Source: Tubiluchus corallicola
Lineage: Eukaryota; Animalia; Priapulida
Direction: 5' to 3'
Assembly (NCBI GenBank): GCA_030141605.1
Contig: JAQGDQ010002426.1
Coordinates: 1 to 47,583, forward strand
DNA length: 47,583 nucleotides
Shown: positions 12,206 to 22,940 of the stretch, piece after piece
Layout: the number at the start of each line of letters is the position of its first letter
How positions within the stretch are numbered: the first letter of the stretch is position 1
Notes under the pieces: generated by a model
The model's input: the letters and a program-made list of their open reading frames with translations, nothing else
What the model was told of the DNA's origin: nothing
Databases searched by the model: none
Made by a program: the position numbers and the translations under genes

Positions 12206-15200
12206 AATGCCAAACTAATAGTAATGCTACTGCTTACAAAACCATGTGCAAATCTTGTTCAATCAACACAACCTTTCATGGAAACAAACTCATGGAATTA
12301 CAGCATAATTCTTGAATCTTAGAAAAATGCAGTCAAAACACTTCAAAACACTTTAGTGCAAACACTACAGTCGACTAACTTATACATCCAAGCAGAGCTA
12401 GCTAACATAAAAACTAAACCTATGTGAGCATACCAAAAGCATGGTGTGTGAATAGTTCACACATGTTTTTCACAATTTACATGTGCAACTTGCAGAAGAG
12501 TTTCAGCAAACGGGGGTGGGTAGCATTAGGGCAAGATCAGCCAGCGGTAAAACTAAGTATACGTGTCATAGGTGCTTATTGGTTAGGAAAGCAGGTCTGA
12601 TTAAAGATTTGTCGAATGTTGCTGCTGCTGCTGCTGCTGATACTGAAGCTTTTAGTACGGCTATTGTTGTTCTTAAGCCCATTTCACACTGAGGATGCAT
12701 GGCAAAATTCTTCCAGGCAAAAATGTCTTGCGAGATTCCCCACAAAAATAGAATACAGTGCCTCATTTCACAGATTCCATAGGAGGGATTTCTTCATGAT
12801 TAATTCTTCTGCTAGCTAGAGGGGCTGTGCATTCTGCTCATGAGGAAATTGCCTCTTAGTAGAAATACTGCATATTCCGTTTTCGGGAGGATTCCTCACA
12901 GAATTAGTTCAACATAAAATTATGTGATTATTCTGTTTTCTCGTGTAATCAATTTTTTGTTTTATTAGTGTGACAATTTTTTAGTAAAAAATGTGTAATT
13001 TCTGTTTGAAACGAAACGTGCTGCGTGGGTTTTTGGGAAAAATCCGAAATTTTCTGACAGCGATTCCAAGTGTCATTGCATCTTCACTGTGTGAAATGGG
13101 CCTTACTACTACATGAACGTCGACTAGTACCGGTACTAATATCTCTATCACTTGTCAGTTATGAAATGTAAAAGCAAGGTATATCCTTACTTACTGTTTT
13201 CTGCAAACAGGCACATCTTGAGCGGCATTTCAAGTGTACTGGGTGGTTCAATAAATTCACTTGCACAATCGCTCGCAGACATTGAAGGTGGAAACGAATC
13301 TTCTGTCACTGACAACTCGACCGTTCAACCAAAGAGGCAACAGGCAAGTGTCTTACGCAACAAATGAAACGGATTTTCTCTAATAGAGTAAATGCTCACT
13401 TAACTATGCCAATGTGTTTCAGCAAAACGCGTCGTTATACGAGAAACAATGGCTTCCTTACAAAAAACAATGTAAAAGCAATCCATTGCATTCCCCGCGT
13501 AAAGATCAAAAATGCTAGAGCTGCAGGCCAAAAATTAATAATGCTTGACTCATAAATCAAACACTTTCGGACGTTTAGTTCTGATGATTTTTACCTAAAA
13601 TCTGAAGAGAAGTAATTTACTGTGAATATTCATGTTTTAAAAGTTTTGCGTACATTAGCACTGCTGAGAAATATTTCTAGTGTGGAAACCTCGTGTGAAT
13701 ACGAAGCCAGCAATAATTAACCCAGCTATGTAACACGATTGATTCTCATTAGAGCAATTCCATCTCTGTGTGGAAACCTATTAGTAATTAATTATTTTTA
13801 AAGATAGTTTAACTAGTAGTATCCTGTTTTTGTTTGCTGACGTGTTTTTGCAGCAGGGCAGCTTGAATTTAATTAATACTCGTTTTATCGTCGCCGGGTA
13901 TTTTTAGACTAAAGAAATCTCGCAGAAATCACTCGACATTATCCAGACCGTATCGGAGACAATGAGCAAGTACAAAGTCCAGGGGGAGGAACCGACGACG
14001 TTCGTGACGGATCTGCTTACAGTTCAGGTACAGCGTCAACAGGCAACTCATCTCAGAGGTAAGGATAATCGAGAGCCTGATAGTGTCGTAATGTGAAGTG
14101 TGATGATGTTAGCACGATTCCCACGGCCAGAAAAAATCCTGGAAAATACAGGCTATCCCGGAAAGTCATGGAAAAGTCAGGAAACAAGTAATTTGATACA
14201 AAGTCGGGGAAAATGATGAAAATGGGGAGAAAGGTCAGGGGAATTGGAAACGGTTGCAAAAATAATCACCGTGAACCCATATTTTCCAAACATATTTTTC
14301 AGAGATTCGTGTTCAAATGAAATTTTACTATGACAGGCTCCCCCAGTTTCGACTTCTATTACAAATATAATGATTGGATTAAGAAAGTTTATTTAATGTG
14401 ATTAGTGTAATTATATTAGCGCTGCTGCAACTGTGCCGACACATTATATATCAGTATGTTTATTAGACTTGCGATTAACTGTTGATTTTTCGTAGGTTCT
14501 GATATAAAAATGGAGGGCGTCGGTCGCTTTAAATTGCCGTCGTCGTTGTCGCAAGTGAATGATACTGATGAAGAGAAAGTCTTTGACGTGCAGGTGAATT
14601 TTAGCAAAGTTCTTCTAGATGAAAAGCTTTGAAAATTTGATAAAGAAGACGAAGCCAGTTAAAATCTTAACGAAATTTTACTTTTTGCCATTGTAAATTT
14701 GGTAACTTTTCTTTATGATTAATTTGTTACGTAATTATTTACCCGTTGAAATTTCAGGCTCAAGATTGATGAAAAATATAATAATTAGTAACTACAATCA
14801 CTCTAGAGCAGTGGTTGCCAACCTTTTGTTGATCCTTTCCCTCCATCATATCGCGACCCCACGAAGAACATAATCATTATTATTTATTATGCTGTTAAAC
14901 ATCTTTATCGCTCGCATTTATTAATTTTAACTTACTAGTCAACAAACAACGAGTGATTGTTTCATCAATTCATTAATGTGAAGGTTGCACGTGTTTCTCA
15001 GCGACCAGTAATGCAACAGCAATAGGTATCCAAGGTAAAATGAATAACAACACGCTTTTGGGCGGTGTACATTGTACAGAACAACGCGCATTTTCATTTT
15101 TCCGGAAAATCAAGCACTGATACACCTCATTTAGAGCGGGAAAAACCCTGTTTCACTTTCCAGAAAAAAATGATCCAACGAGAGACTGAGGAAACAAGAC

Positions 15201-18200
15201 CTACTTACATACTTTTTGCGAAAACGGCATTTTTAAAAAAATAGTTTTTGGACTATCCCGCGACTCCATTTAAACTGCTTTGGGGCCTCAAGGTTGAGAA
15301 GCCATGCTCTAGTGTGTATAATGTTATATTGCAAATTCTTAACTTTAGACTGCCTTGGTCATTAGAGAATATGGTGACCTAGTGGTAAAAGCATCTGCCT
15401 TGTAAGTAAAAGGTACCTAGTTCAAACCTGCTAATTGTCGGTTTGTGTCCTCATCAACATCGAGTCTTTAAAGTAGTAGTAGTAGTAGTTATTCGTTGTT
15501 CTCGGTAAAGACACTTTAGTATGAATAAAGATAGGAGTTTGCTTTCAGATGTACTTTATGAAGGAAAACCCCTACTTGTGGGACAACTCGTCAAGTTTGA
15601 TTAACACTCCCATAACGAGCATAGCAATTAGCGAACCAGAGAACCAATCAGTTTCTAATATTGAAGAGCTAAAAGAGCCACTGCAATATTTTATGGATAT
15701 GGAAGGTAATTGACAATGGCTGTTTATTGCTGTGATTTTAGTGAAATGTTACTTGTTACTACTGTAGTATCAGTAACTAATAGTAATAAGAATGTTACTA
15801 CTGTAGTTCGCTTTTTTAGTTCGATATGTCTAGAAGTAAGGTTTCTTTATAAAGAAATGTAGCCATTTCACAGTTTCGTTGTGTGCACGCACAGTTGTTG
15901 TAGGTCAAAGGTTAAAGCACAAGAAAACCCTTCATAAACATAAACATTCGTTTTGGAGTTTTATATCACTTACATACTGCCTTTTTGCATACAGGATTTC
16001 ATTCGGCATTCACGCTGTATAAAACATGTAAATTTAAACTCCCGCGATGGCCGTTAGATGCAGCCATTTTTACGACATGTCATTTGAAACAAGTTCAGAT
16101 AACATGGTGTAAAGTTTGAAAAAATAATTAGAGCATTCGTAGCGCACAAGTCACTAACTAAATAAAATTTAAAATTACTGTATCTTGTAAATCAAATTAA
16201 AAATACGTTTTTTGGTTAGTGAGTGGTGCACCCTGGAGGGTGAGTCAGCGACATTTTACCAATTGGTGAAAACATTTTAAATAATTAATAATTTTCTTTT
16301 CTAGTTACATAAATCTCTCCAGCAGGTAAGCAAAAATCTAGGTAATATAGATTTGCACGGAAAGTCTTTTGAGATATAATTTAACATTGCTTTCTCTTCC
16401 CTTGATTTACGTTTGGTGCATGACGTCATGTAATGGCGACTTCGGAACAATATTGCGGGAGATTTAAAATGAAAACAAACTAAAATTCCTTTCAGTGCAA
16501 GTACGATATGTGCATAAAATTACTATAAAGTAATATAATTTTTAAGGCGATTTTTCTGAAACCTACTTCAGGTGGCCCTTTTCTTGTCCTTTTAAGTTTA
16601 TCATAGCAACACGTCTTAACTACAACCGTCACATGACATGTGCGAAGCAAAGAATTGGTTCAGTAACTTCAGTTGTTTTACGTGGAATTTACTTAATGTG
16701 TAGAGTTATTTACTAGCAGTGCCCAAGTACTACATTTCCTTTTTGGTGTGTATTCATCCGCCGAATAAATACGCTATTTACTGTAAATGGTAATTTTTTA
16801 TGATTTATAATATTCTTTGAAAACCCACGAAACAGCGAGTCCGCAATAAACGAACCACGAAGTAGCGAGGAACACTATAAACACAGATTATTGTAAATTG
16901 TGCCAATCGTTACCAAGAAGCAGAAATTTGTTCTATTTTTAGATGCAGAAGTTCAACCCTCCAGTTCACATGTTACTATAACACCCGGCCAGCCTAGAAA
17001 CATGGACATTTCTGTTCATAACTTTGTTGTAGAACCTTACAGTGACGTGGTCATATCATTCCTTGATTTACCTGCCAAAATATCTGTAAAGGTAAAGTGT
17101 ATGAAGTAATTAATATTTACTAGTATTGTTAAAGGTATATAATTGATCCAAATTTTGATCATGTATTGAAAAATAACGGAACTGTAAGCAACAAACACTT
17201 ACTGTATATTGTTAAACAGAAACTCGAAAATATATATCTCAAAAAATGGAAGGAAGAAGTTAAGAGAACTAATACTAATACTAATAACAACGATGGAAAC
17301 AAATTAAGACCTACTGCAAAATTAAAGAATGCTAAGAATTTAGAAAATTATTTACAACTTAATAATGTAACTCGCAATGTTAAAATTGCTTTCACGAAAC
17401 TACGTATTAGTTCTCACTCGCAATAGAAACCGGTAGACATCATAAACCTAACAAAATCCCAGCTAATGAAACATACTGTACACAATGTGACTCAAACAAA
17501 CGAGAAATAGAAGACGGAACACTTATGTTGTCACACTGGAGTAGATATGAACGACTAACAAACACCTTTTATACAGAAATTACCGTATTTTCCCGTGTAT
17601 AAGAGACCCTTTTTTGCTCAGAATTTTCACTTTAAAAATAGGGGGTCTCTTATACATGGGAGTAAGTCTTTTCAATAAGGTGCATAAATTGTGACACTAA
17701 TGATTTTAAATAAGTGCTCTACAACTGTTTTGCGTGTCGCGTTCGACTATGAAGCGGTTGTAAGCAATACAAGCATCGTGACACAGGCATTATCTCCTCG
17801 TTTTCTCTTTTCCTGTTACAGGTTTGCAGGTACGCACTTTAATATATACCAGTACTCTTTTTCTACAACACATTAACTGGTTTTATTTTGTTTTCAGTAC
17901 CGCACTGAGTTGAAAAAAGTTGTACTCTACCCTCTAAAAATGTCCGTCTGAAAAAACTTTTTTCCAGAATTTTTGCCTAAAAATTGAAGGGGTCTCTTAT
18001 ACACAAGGGTCTCTTATACACGGGAAAATACGGTAGCTCTATATACCCAAACTTTACTTACTTATTAGATGATGTCAAAGTAAAATGATTATTAGGCTAA
18101 AATGATTCACAAATTCTTCAAAGTGCTTCTAATTTTGTTTTAAAATGTATCACTTCCCGAGTATAATTATTAAAAAATAGTAAATAAACGAACTATATAT

Positions 18201-18673
18201 ATAACTAACATCATTTATGTAAACTAAATACTACATGTGTATGCAGCTATCTTGAATTTGTGTTTATGTACAAACCAGTTGGAAAATAAACAAACTTTGA
18301 TTTCAACTGATATGACCTATTCCACGATCCAGTTTTAAACATTCACAAACATTCACTTAAAAAAATTTTCCTCCCTACCTACAGACATCTTTTGAGGTAA
18401 GACAGAAACAATGTTTATGTGGCCGGCCTTAGGAGCTGGAGAAGTAGAAACTACCTCAGGTGAAAAGCAGTTCACCCAGCTTTTATTCTAAAATTTCTGA
18501 ATGAACTTGAACTCACAGATGGCGTCGGAGCTGTAGTCTCATCGGTTATATTATATATATATGTACAAATTTAAGATAGTTGCATACACATATAGTTTTT
18601 CGCTGGTATATATATATATATAACCGACGAGGCTACAGCTCCGACGCCATCTGTGAGTTCAACTTCATTCAGA

Positions 18674-18710
<37 letters not shown>

Positions 18711-21700
18711 AGCAAAAAAAAATTATATGTGTATGCAACTATCTTAAATTTGTGTTTATGTACATTCATGCTGTACCCATTGGGTTTATACATCAAGGTT
18801 TGATGTCGTGTCTTTGGTTTAAATTGTTGAGTTTGACTTGTGTAACTGTGTTCTTGATAATGTGGTATAAGTTTTTTGTAGTGCTGTATATATGTGTAAT
18901 TGTATTTTTATAATCGCTGTGTGTACTGTGTTATTTGCAATTGTGATTACCCTATAAAATATAAAAAAAAATATATAAAAAATAATGTCGTATTAATTGT
19001 TTTATTACATCCAGCCTCATCTCAGTTATATTGACTCAAAAGGTAAGTTCAAAGGTAAGTCACTAATGACTTGATAACATGAAGCCAGTTCAATAAGAAA
19101 ATTCCATCAGTGATTCTAAAGCCTTTATAGGTTGTTCTAAAGGAAGATGGCCGACCTCTTATCAAGGATTTTAAAGGAGGAAGCTCCGTGAAAGTAAATC
19201 AAATTCCTCTTCGTCATGATGAGAGCGCACTACCCGCGAAACACAGCGACTACTTTTTAAGAGTTCACAATGAAAATAACAGCTCTAAAGAGTATTATCT
19301 GGGGATCATATATGATTCTTATCAAACACCACGCTGTGACAATGCATTGCGCATGTGCAGAGGAAAAGTTGAGAAATGTATAGATACAGCAGTCAGCCAG
19401 TGCGAAGATGATTTGTGCGTACTTAATGTCAAGTCATGTAGTATAGACGGGTGCTTACGAATGCAAGGATGTTATGACCAGTGGTTAGAAACATGTAGGA
19501 ACCTGTCTATAGAATGTGCCAAGGAGGAAAAGCTATGTCTCCTCACTGCAGAGCAAGTTTGTGTAGAAAATTACAATATTTGTGTTGCGCAGTGCGATAC
19601 TGATTTAGATGCTATACTGTTATATGATTTATGTGAGTCGGAGTGTAAAAGTGAATGGATCAACTGCAGCGCTACCTGCAATTCAACATGTGAAACAACT
19701 TCCAAGTGCATCAACAGTTTAGATTCGGACTGTGAGAATTCGTTACTTTGGGAATCCAGGCGGGAAAAATGCAAAGCCGTGTATCATGGTTGCCGGGGAA
19801 GTTCTACTCAACATTGTAATGTTGAACTGTTGGCGTGCAATAAATCCTGTTACGAATGTCGGCCATTTTGCAGCTTAAAGATGGTCGATATTTGCAGCAA
19901 AAACTGTGAGGAGCAGTACGCATCTTGTAACGTGCCTGTTCATGAATCATGCCGCGCTTTCGTTGAGTCGACGGAGCCCGATTGTGTTGAAGTATTGTGG
20001 CAAGATGAGTCCGACATATTTGCAAAAATGGGCAACTTGACTGCACAAGAAGCAAGTAACTTGACGTCAGCAGGTAAAAATCAGTTCATTTGTTTTTAGT
20101 ATATAATTAGCAATAAGTACTCAAATATTGTTTCCAAGTTTCGCATATTAGTTACATTTCTCCATTTATAATTATTGTATTAATGTGGATACTATAGGTA
20201 TTAGATTTCTAATGCATTTAGAATATTTGCAAATGAACCTCAACATTGTAATTGTGAATGCATTTGAAAACAGTTTCTTATAAAAACACGTGGTCCTGAG
20301 ACTGGCCAAAGTTAGGACAACAAATGGCCTCTCTCTCTGTCGACCTAATTTTAACAACTGATTTGTGATCCAAACTGGAGTCGCCATCTATGAACTGGTA
20401 GCATATTTATTTATTTTACAGATGTCACATACAATATTGACATTTACACTGCAGATGAAATGTTTAGTAATACTCAAGCAGGTGTTTTTGTGCAGCTTCA
20501 CGGAAGCCTTGGAAACTCTACAGAGCAAAAGTTGGACAGTACCATCAACTCTTTTGCACGATCACAGTAAGATTTCAAGTTTCAATGATTCTGTGCTTTA
20601 TTTAGAAGCGAAGTTCGTTGGTTATTAGAGCTAAATGCTTATAATATGTGTGCTTGTATAGCAAGATCGTCCATAAGTCGGCAATTAAGCTTTTCTCATA
20701 TCCTCATGAGGATCATTTTGATACCAAGCTCATCGCTCTATGTTATTTCTAATCTGAGATAATCCACGTTGAAGTTGAGGTGCAGGCTGCTCATTGAAAA
20801 ACATAACCTTGAGAAAATCACTGTTAAAATTAGCCATTGTTTTTTGTCGCGTTTCTACATAACACTTAGCAACCGTACAAATATTGGTTTGTACGAACTT
20901 TGCAACAATACATTGAAGTTATGTTTAAATCCAGTAGATGGCTCTTCCTGACGAAGATCTGGCCTTGGCAATACAAAAAACCTAAAGCAAAATTACTGCT
21001 TCTGCAAGCTACTATCACAGTTTGAAAATAGGAGTTTTTTGCAATTGCAGTACTAATTTCTAGCCAAAAAGTGGGTATGGGTTACAAAATAGTATTTTTT
21101 GAACATTTTCTGGATAATTTGATGCTAGAATGTGAAATTTTAATATATTTAGTGTTTCTTTTTATAAGAAAGAAAAAATTGACATCTGACCAAATTTTCG
21201 CTACTTTCTACTTTGAGGTATAATAACATACATGTAACTACGACGACATGTGGTCGGTTTTGGTTTGCAAGCACACAAATACCCTTTCTGGAACTTACCT
21301 GTGCCTGTGTTTAGTAGTCTTAAGATTTATTAGCTAATTTTAGTAATTAAAATGTGTGAGACTTACAAGATTCGTCATACAGCAACATTTGATAGCGAAT
21401 CGTTGTTTTACATACAGTCAACCTTGGATATCAAGGGACTCCTCCGGACCGGAAAAAACCGCCCCTTATAGCCGAAGTTGAGTCCGACCGAGGGTGTATC
21501 TAAACCTGTACTTTTACCCATATTTCTATGGATTATTGCTAGACATTCAGTGCAAACGGTATGTAGGAAGCTCCTTCAGTGATGTGAGATGTATGTGACT
21601 GCAGAAACCAAGCTGTTCGAAGGCCGAGTTTGCGAAAAATTGAAGTTAAAAATCGATCAATTTTGCTTTGATCTTAGGGTCCCTTATATGCGAGGCAATT

Positions 21701-22180
21701 TACCTGGGTTTCTATTACGCAGGACCTGAAGACATCGTCCCGTATAACCGAAAGTCCCTTATATCCGAGTACCTTATATACGAAGATTTTTACATAGGAA
21801 AAACGTTACGAAAAATCGGGACCGGTGTTGATGGTCCCATGTGAGTGTCTCTTATAAGCGAGTACCTTATATACGAAGATTTTTACATGGAAAAACGTTA
21901 CGAAAAATTGGGAACGGTGTTGATGGTCCCTTATAAGCGAATACCTTATACCCGAGGTTGACAGTACGTGTTAAGTCACTAGTATCGTGTTTCGTTTTGT
22001 ACGTGGTGGTTTTTGTGTTTTTGCTTTCTGCTGATTCACCGAAAAATGTTACGATTCATTTTCGTTGAATCTCATAGGATTGATACGTTTGTGTTGAAAC
22101 TTAAATCGGTTGGCCTTGTGAAATACTTGACTATTTGGCACAACAATAAGGGCGTTGGTGCAGGGTGGATGTTGGAAAAG
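3976..22180 (+). CDS. Polycystin-1-like (PKD1/PKD1L/REJ family) gene fragment, + copy, 12 exons, ~787 codons, lacking 5' exons and truncated within PLAT
   Basis: Exons 3976-4126, 5590-5705, 8302-8427, 9538-9626, 13211-13343, 13908-14058, 14496-14593, 15549-15705, 16943-17091, 19131-20073, 20422-20566, 22078-22180 join in frame with AG/GT(GC) boundaries and no stops. Motifs ASSALN..VRASLV..QTSDMLNQAT..EL, GEEPTTF, NPYLWDNSS..LKEP and PLAT IWHNNKG..GW are recognised by eye as PKD1-family. Confidence 0.85.
4155..4790. mobile_element. Copy of the TTAA-flanked element family
   Basis: Shares acaagaaaagggg..cctgaagtaggttt and gactcacc.tccagggtgc.ccactcactaacc with 15912-16595 and 22231-22940. Confidence 0.7.
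5590..5705 (+). CDS. PKD1-like exon 2: (G)LSQIVNVASSALNEMKDEDATPKEAAENQQHLYDLKSE
   Basis: cttag| ... GAA|gtaaag. Mirror 41865-41980. Confidence 0.8.
5800..6255. mobile_element. MITE with 14-bp TIRs
   Basis: cagggatgagaatt ... aattctcatccctg, flanked by direct tttaat. Mirror 41315-41770. Confidence 0.75.
6478..6757. repeat. ~137-bp tandem duplication, each unit with an internal hairpin
   Basis: attacatca...cgcactactcaaatt occurs twice; gaggtgagtgtg/tacactcacctc stem. Confidence 0.85.
7254..7853. mobile_element. piggyBac-type MITE
   Basis: TTAA|ccctttcactaca ... tgtagtgaaaggg|TTAA (13-bp TIR, TTAA TSD). Mirror 39717-40316. Confidence 0.85.
8302..8427 (+). CDS. PKD1-like exon 3 (GAIN-A-like helices): VRASLVNSIVQIPLINIGIVKQTSDMLNQATIVDSELTAETK
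   Basis: tgtag| ... AAG|gtaagt; 42 codons. Mirror 39143-39268. Confidence 0.85.
8445..8984. mobile_element. Tc1/mariner/pogo-type MITE
   Basis: TA|cagtgttccctc ... gagggaacact termini. Copies at 2873-3411, partial ~16720-16878 and mirrors. Confidence 0.75.
9538..9626 (+). CDS. PKD1-like exon 4: IVAMDKFNNVASFMKDAANVDICDSADTT(Q)
   Basis: ctttcag| ... CA|gtacgt; phase 2 matches exon 5. Mirror 37944-38032. Confidence 0.8.
9620..11915 (+). repeat. 82-bp minisatellite, 28 copies, starting in the last 7 nt of exon 4
   Basis: Unit ctactcagtacgtattctgtttccttcc(atc/gtt)tttcttctcttgtttgtttttgccgttgtaatttctcttgccacacccttc; ORF starts recur every 82 bp. Confidence 0.98.
12676..13102. mobile_element. 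PIF/Harbinger-type MITE
   Basis: TTA|agcccatttcacac ... gtgtgaaatgggcc|TTA. Mirror 34468-34894. Confidence 0.75.
13211..13343 (+). CDS. PKD1-like exon 5: HILSGISSVLGGSINSLAQSLADIEGGNESSVTDNSTVQPKRQQ (GC donor)
   Basis: aaacag| ... CAG|gcaagt. Mirror 34227-34359. Confidence 0.8.
13908..14058 (+). CDS. PKD1-like exon 6: TKEISQKSLDIIQTVSETMSKYKVQGEEPTTFVTDLLTVQVQRQQATHLR
   Basis: tttttag| ... G|gtaagg; GEEP motif at the GAIN A/B transition. Mirror 33512-33662. Confidence 0.85.
14113..14460. mobile_element. Partial MITE, same family as spacer element 23112-23612
   Basis: aatcctggaaaatacaggctatcc and gattggattaagaaagtttatttaatgtgattagtgtaa are found reverse-complemented in the spacer. Confidence 0.7.
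14496..14593 (+). CDS. PKD1-like exon 7: (G)SDIKMEGVGRFKLPSSLSQVNDTDEEKVFDVQ
   Basis: tcgtag| ... CAG|gtgaat; FxLP motif. Mirror 32977-33074. Confidence 0.85.
14809..15306. mobile_element. hAT (Charlie-like) MITE
   Basis: ctctagag|cagtggttgccaacctt ... aaggttgagaagccatg|ctctagtg (8-bp TSD with 1 mismatch). Mirror 32264-32761. Confidence 0.75.
15372..15520 (+). mobile_element. Degenerate tRNA-derived SINE head
   Basis: A-box-like ggtgacctagtggtaaaagc, B-box-like gttcaaacc, then a ctcggtaaagacactt core-like motif. Confidence 0.4.
15549..15705 (+). CDS. PKD1-like exon 8: MYFMKENPYLWDNSSSLINTPITSIAISEPENQSVSNIEELKEPLQYFMDME
   Basis: tttcag| ... G|gtaatt; NPY.W and L.EP motifs typical of PKD1-like GAIN-B. 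Mirror 31865-32021. Confidence 0.88.
15912..16595. mobile_element. TTAA-flanked non-autonomous DNA element (Kolobok-like, tentative), multicopy
   Basis: Ends ttaaagcacaagaaaa ... ttttcttgtccttttaa. Related copies at 4155-~4790 (inverted), 22231-22940 and mirrors. Confidence 0.7.
16943..17091 (+). CDS. PKD1-like exon 9: (D)AEVQPSSSHVTITPGQPRNMDISVHNFVVEPYSDVVISFLDLPAKISVK
   Basis: tttttag| ... AAG|gtaaag. Mirror 30479-30627. Confidence 0.82.
17166..18170 (+). pseudogene. Frameshifted 3' fragment of a non-LTR retrotransposon ORF2 (post-RT region / zinc knuckle), interrupted by a MITE
   Basis: GNKLR...LENYL...AFTKLRISSH/IETGRH...C..C...EIED across frameshifts. Mirror 29400-30404. Confidence 0.7.
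17583..18033. mobile_element. pogo/mariner-type MITE with perfect TIRs
   Basis: TA|ccgtattttcccgtgtataagagaccctt ... aagggtctcttatacacgggaaaatacgg|TA. Mirror 29537-29987. Confidence 0.88.
18489..18765. repeat. Interleaved short inverted repeats A-B'-A'-B separated by (TA)n
   Basis: 18489-18550 vs 18620-18680; 18565-18610 vs 18703-18752. Confidence 0.85.
19131..20073 (+). CDS. PKD1-like exon 10, 943 bp, containing a cysteine-rich insert (33 Cys at 19335-19985)
   Basis: tttatag|GTTGTTCTA ... GCAG|gtaaaa; covers the 303-aa ORF; phases 0/1 fit both neighbours. Confidence 0.9.
20422..20566 (+). CDS. Exon 11, PLAT/LH2 N-terminal part: (D)VTYNIDIYTADEMFSNTQAGVFVQLHGSLGNSTEQKLDSTINSFARS(Q)
   Basis: tttacag| ... 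CA|gtaaga; matches PLAT pattern YxIxxxT...TxAxVxxxLxGxxGxS...FxR. Mirror 27004-27148. Confidence 0.9.
20645..21410. mobile_element. Interspersed repeat; 20645-20950 is shared with 9125-9450
   Basis: tgtgtgcttgtatagcaa...ccagtagatggctcttcc is present at both loci. Confidence 0.65.
21415..21964. mobile_element. Tc1/pogo-type MITE with internal tandem duplication
   Basis: TA|cagtcaaccttggata ... tacccgaggttgacag|TA; cgagtaccttatatacgaagatttttacat repeated at ~21767 and ~21859. Mirror 25606-26155. Confidence 0.78.
22078..22180 (+). CDS. Exon 12, PLAT middle: IDTFVLKLKSVGLVKYLTIWHNNKGVGAGWMLEK
   Basis: catag| ... AAG|gtgtgt; DxF...GxxxxLxIWHxNxG...WxL motif. Mirror 25390-25492. Confidence 0.92.
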
Positions 22181-22230
22181 GTGTGTTCTCTTTCAACTTT
22201 TCTTTATTTGTTTTTATTCCGTCTTTTGCT

Positions 22231-22940
22231 TGCACAAGAAAACCCTCCACTTACATAAAGCTTAAGAAATTCGCCTTGAAATTTTATATCGCTGACACAC
22301 TGCCTTTTTACATACAGATCTTCAATTGGCAGCAACGCTGTATAAAACATGTAAATTTAAACTCCCGTGATGACCATTAGATTCAGCCATTTTCACGGCA
22401 GGTCATTTGAAACAAGTTTAGATAACATTTTGTAAAGTTTGAAAAAATAATCAGAGCATTCGTAGCGCACATGTCACTAACTAAATAAAATTCAAAATTA
22501 CTGCATCTTGTCAATAAGATTAAAAATAAGTTTTTGGTTAGTGAGTGGTGCACCCTGGAGGGTGAGTCAGCGACGTTTTACCAATTGGTGAAAATGTTTA
22601 AATGATTAATTACATTTCTAGTTTTTAATGATTATTTTAAGTATTTTTGTTCTAGTTACGTAAGTGTTTCCAGCAGGTAAGCGAAATGCTAAGTAATATA
22701 GATTTGCACGGAAAGTTTTTTAGGACATTATTTAACATTTCCTTTCCTTCCCTCGATTTGGTACATGACGTCATGTAATGGCGACTTCGGAACAGTATTG
22801 CAGGAGATTTAAAATGAAAACGAACTAAAATTCCTTTCAGTGTGAGTAAGATATACGGATAAAATTGCTATAAAGTAATATAATTTTTAAGATGATTTTT
22901 CTGAAACCTACTTCAGGCACCCCTTTTCTTGTCTTTTAAA
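22231..22940. mobile_element. Copy of the TTAA-flanked element family, ending 11 bp before the palindrome junction
   Basis: Aligns with 15917-16595. Mirror 24630-25339. Confidence 0.7.

Noticed and set aside
17166-17426. Additional exon of the PKD1-like gene
   Set aside because: Motifs are those of a frameshifted LINE ORF2 C-terminus, and exons 9 and 10 already join in frame.
19188-20099. Stand-alone 303-aa single-exon gene (metallothionein/keratin-associated-like)
   Set aside because: Starts at GTG with no signal peptide, and is bounded by in-phase splice sites that join it to flanking exons.
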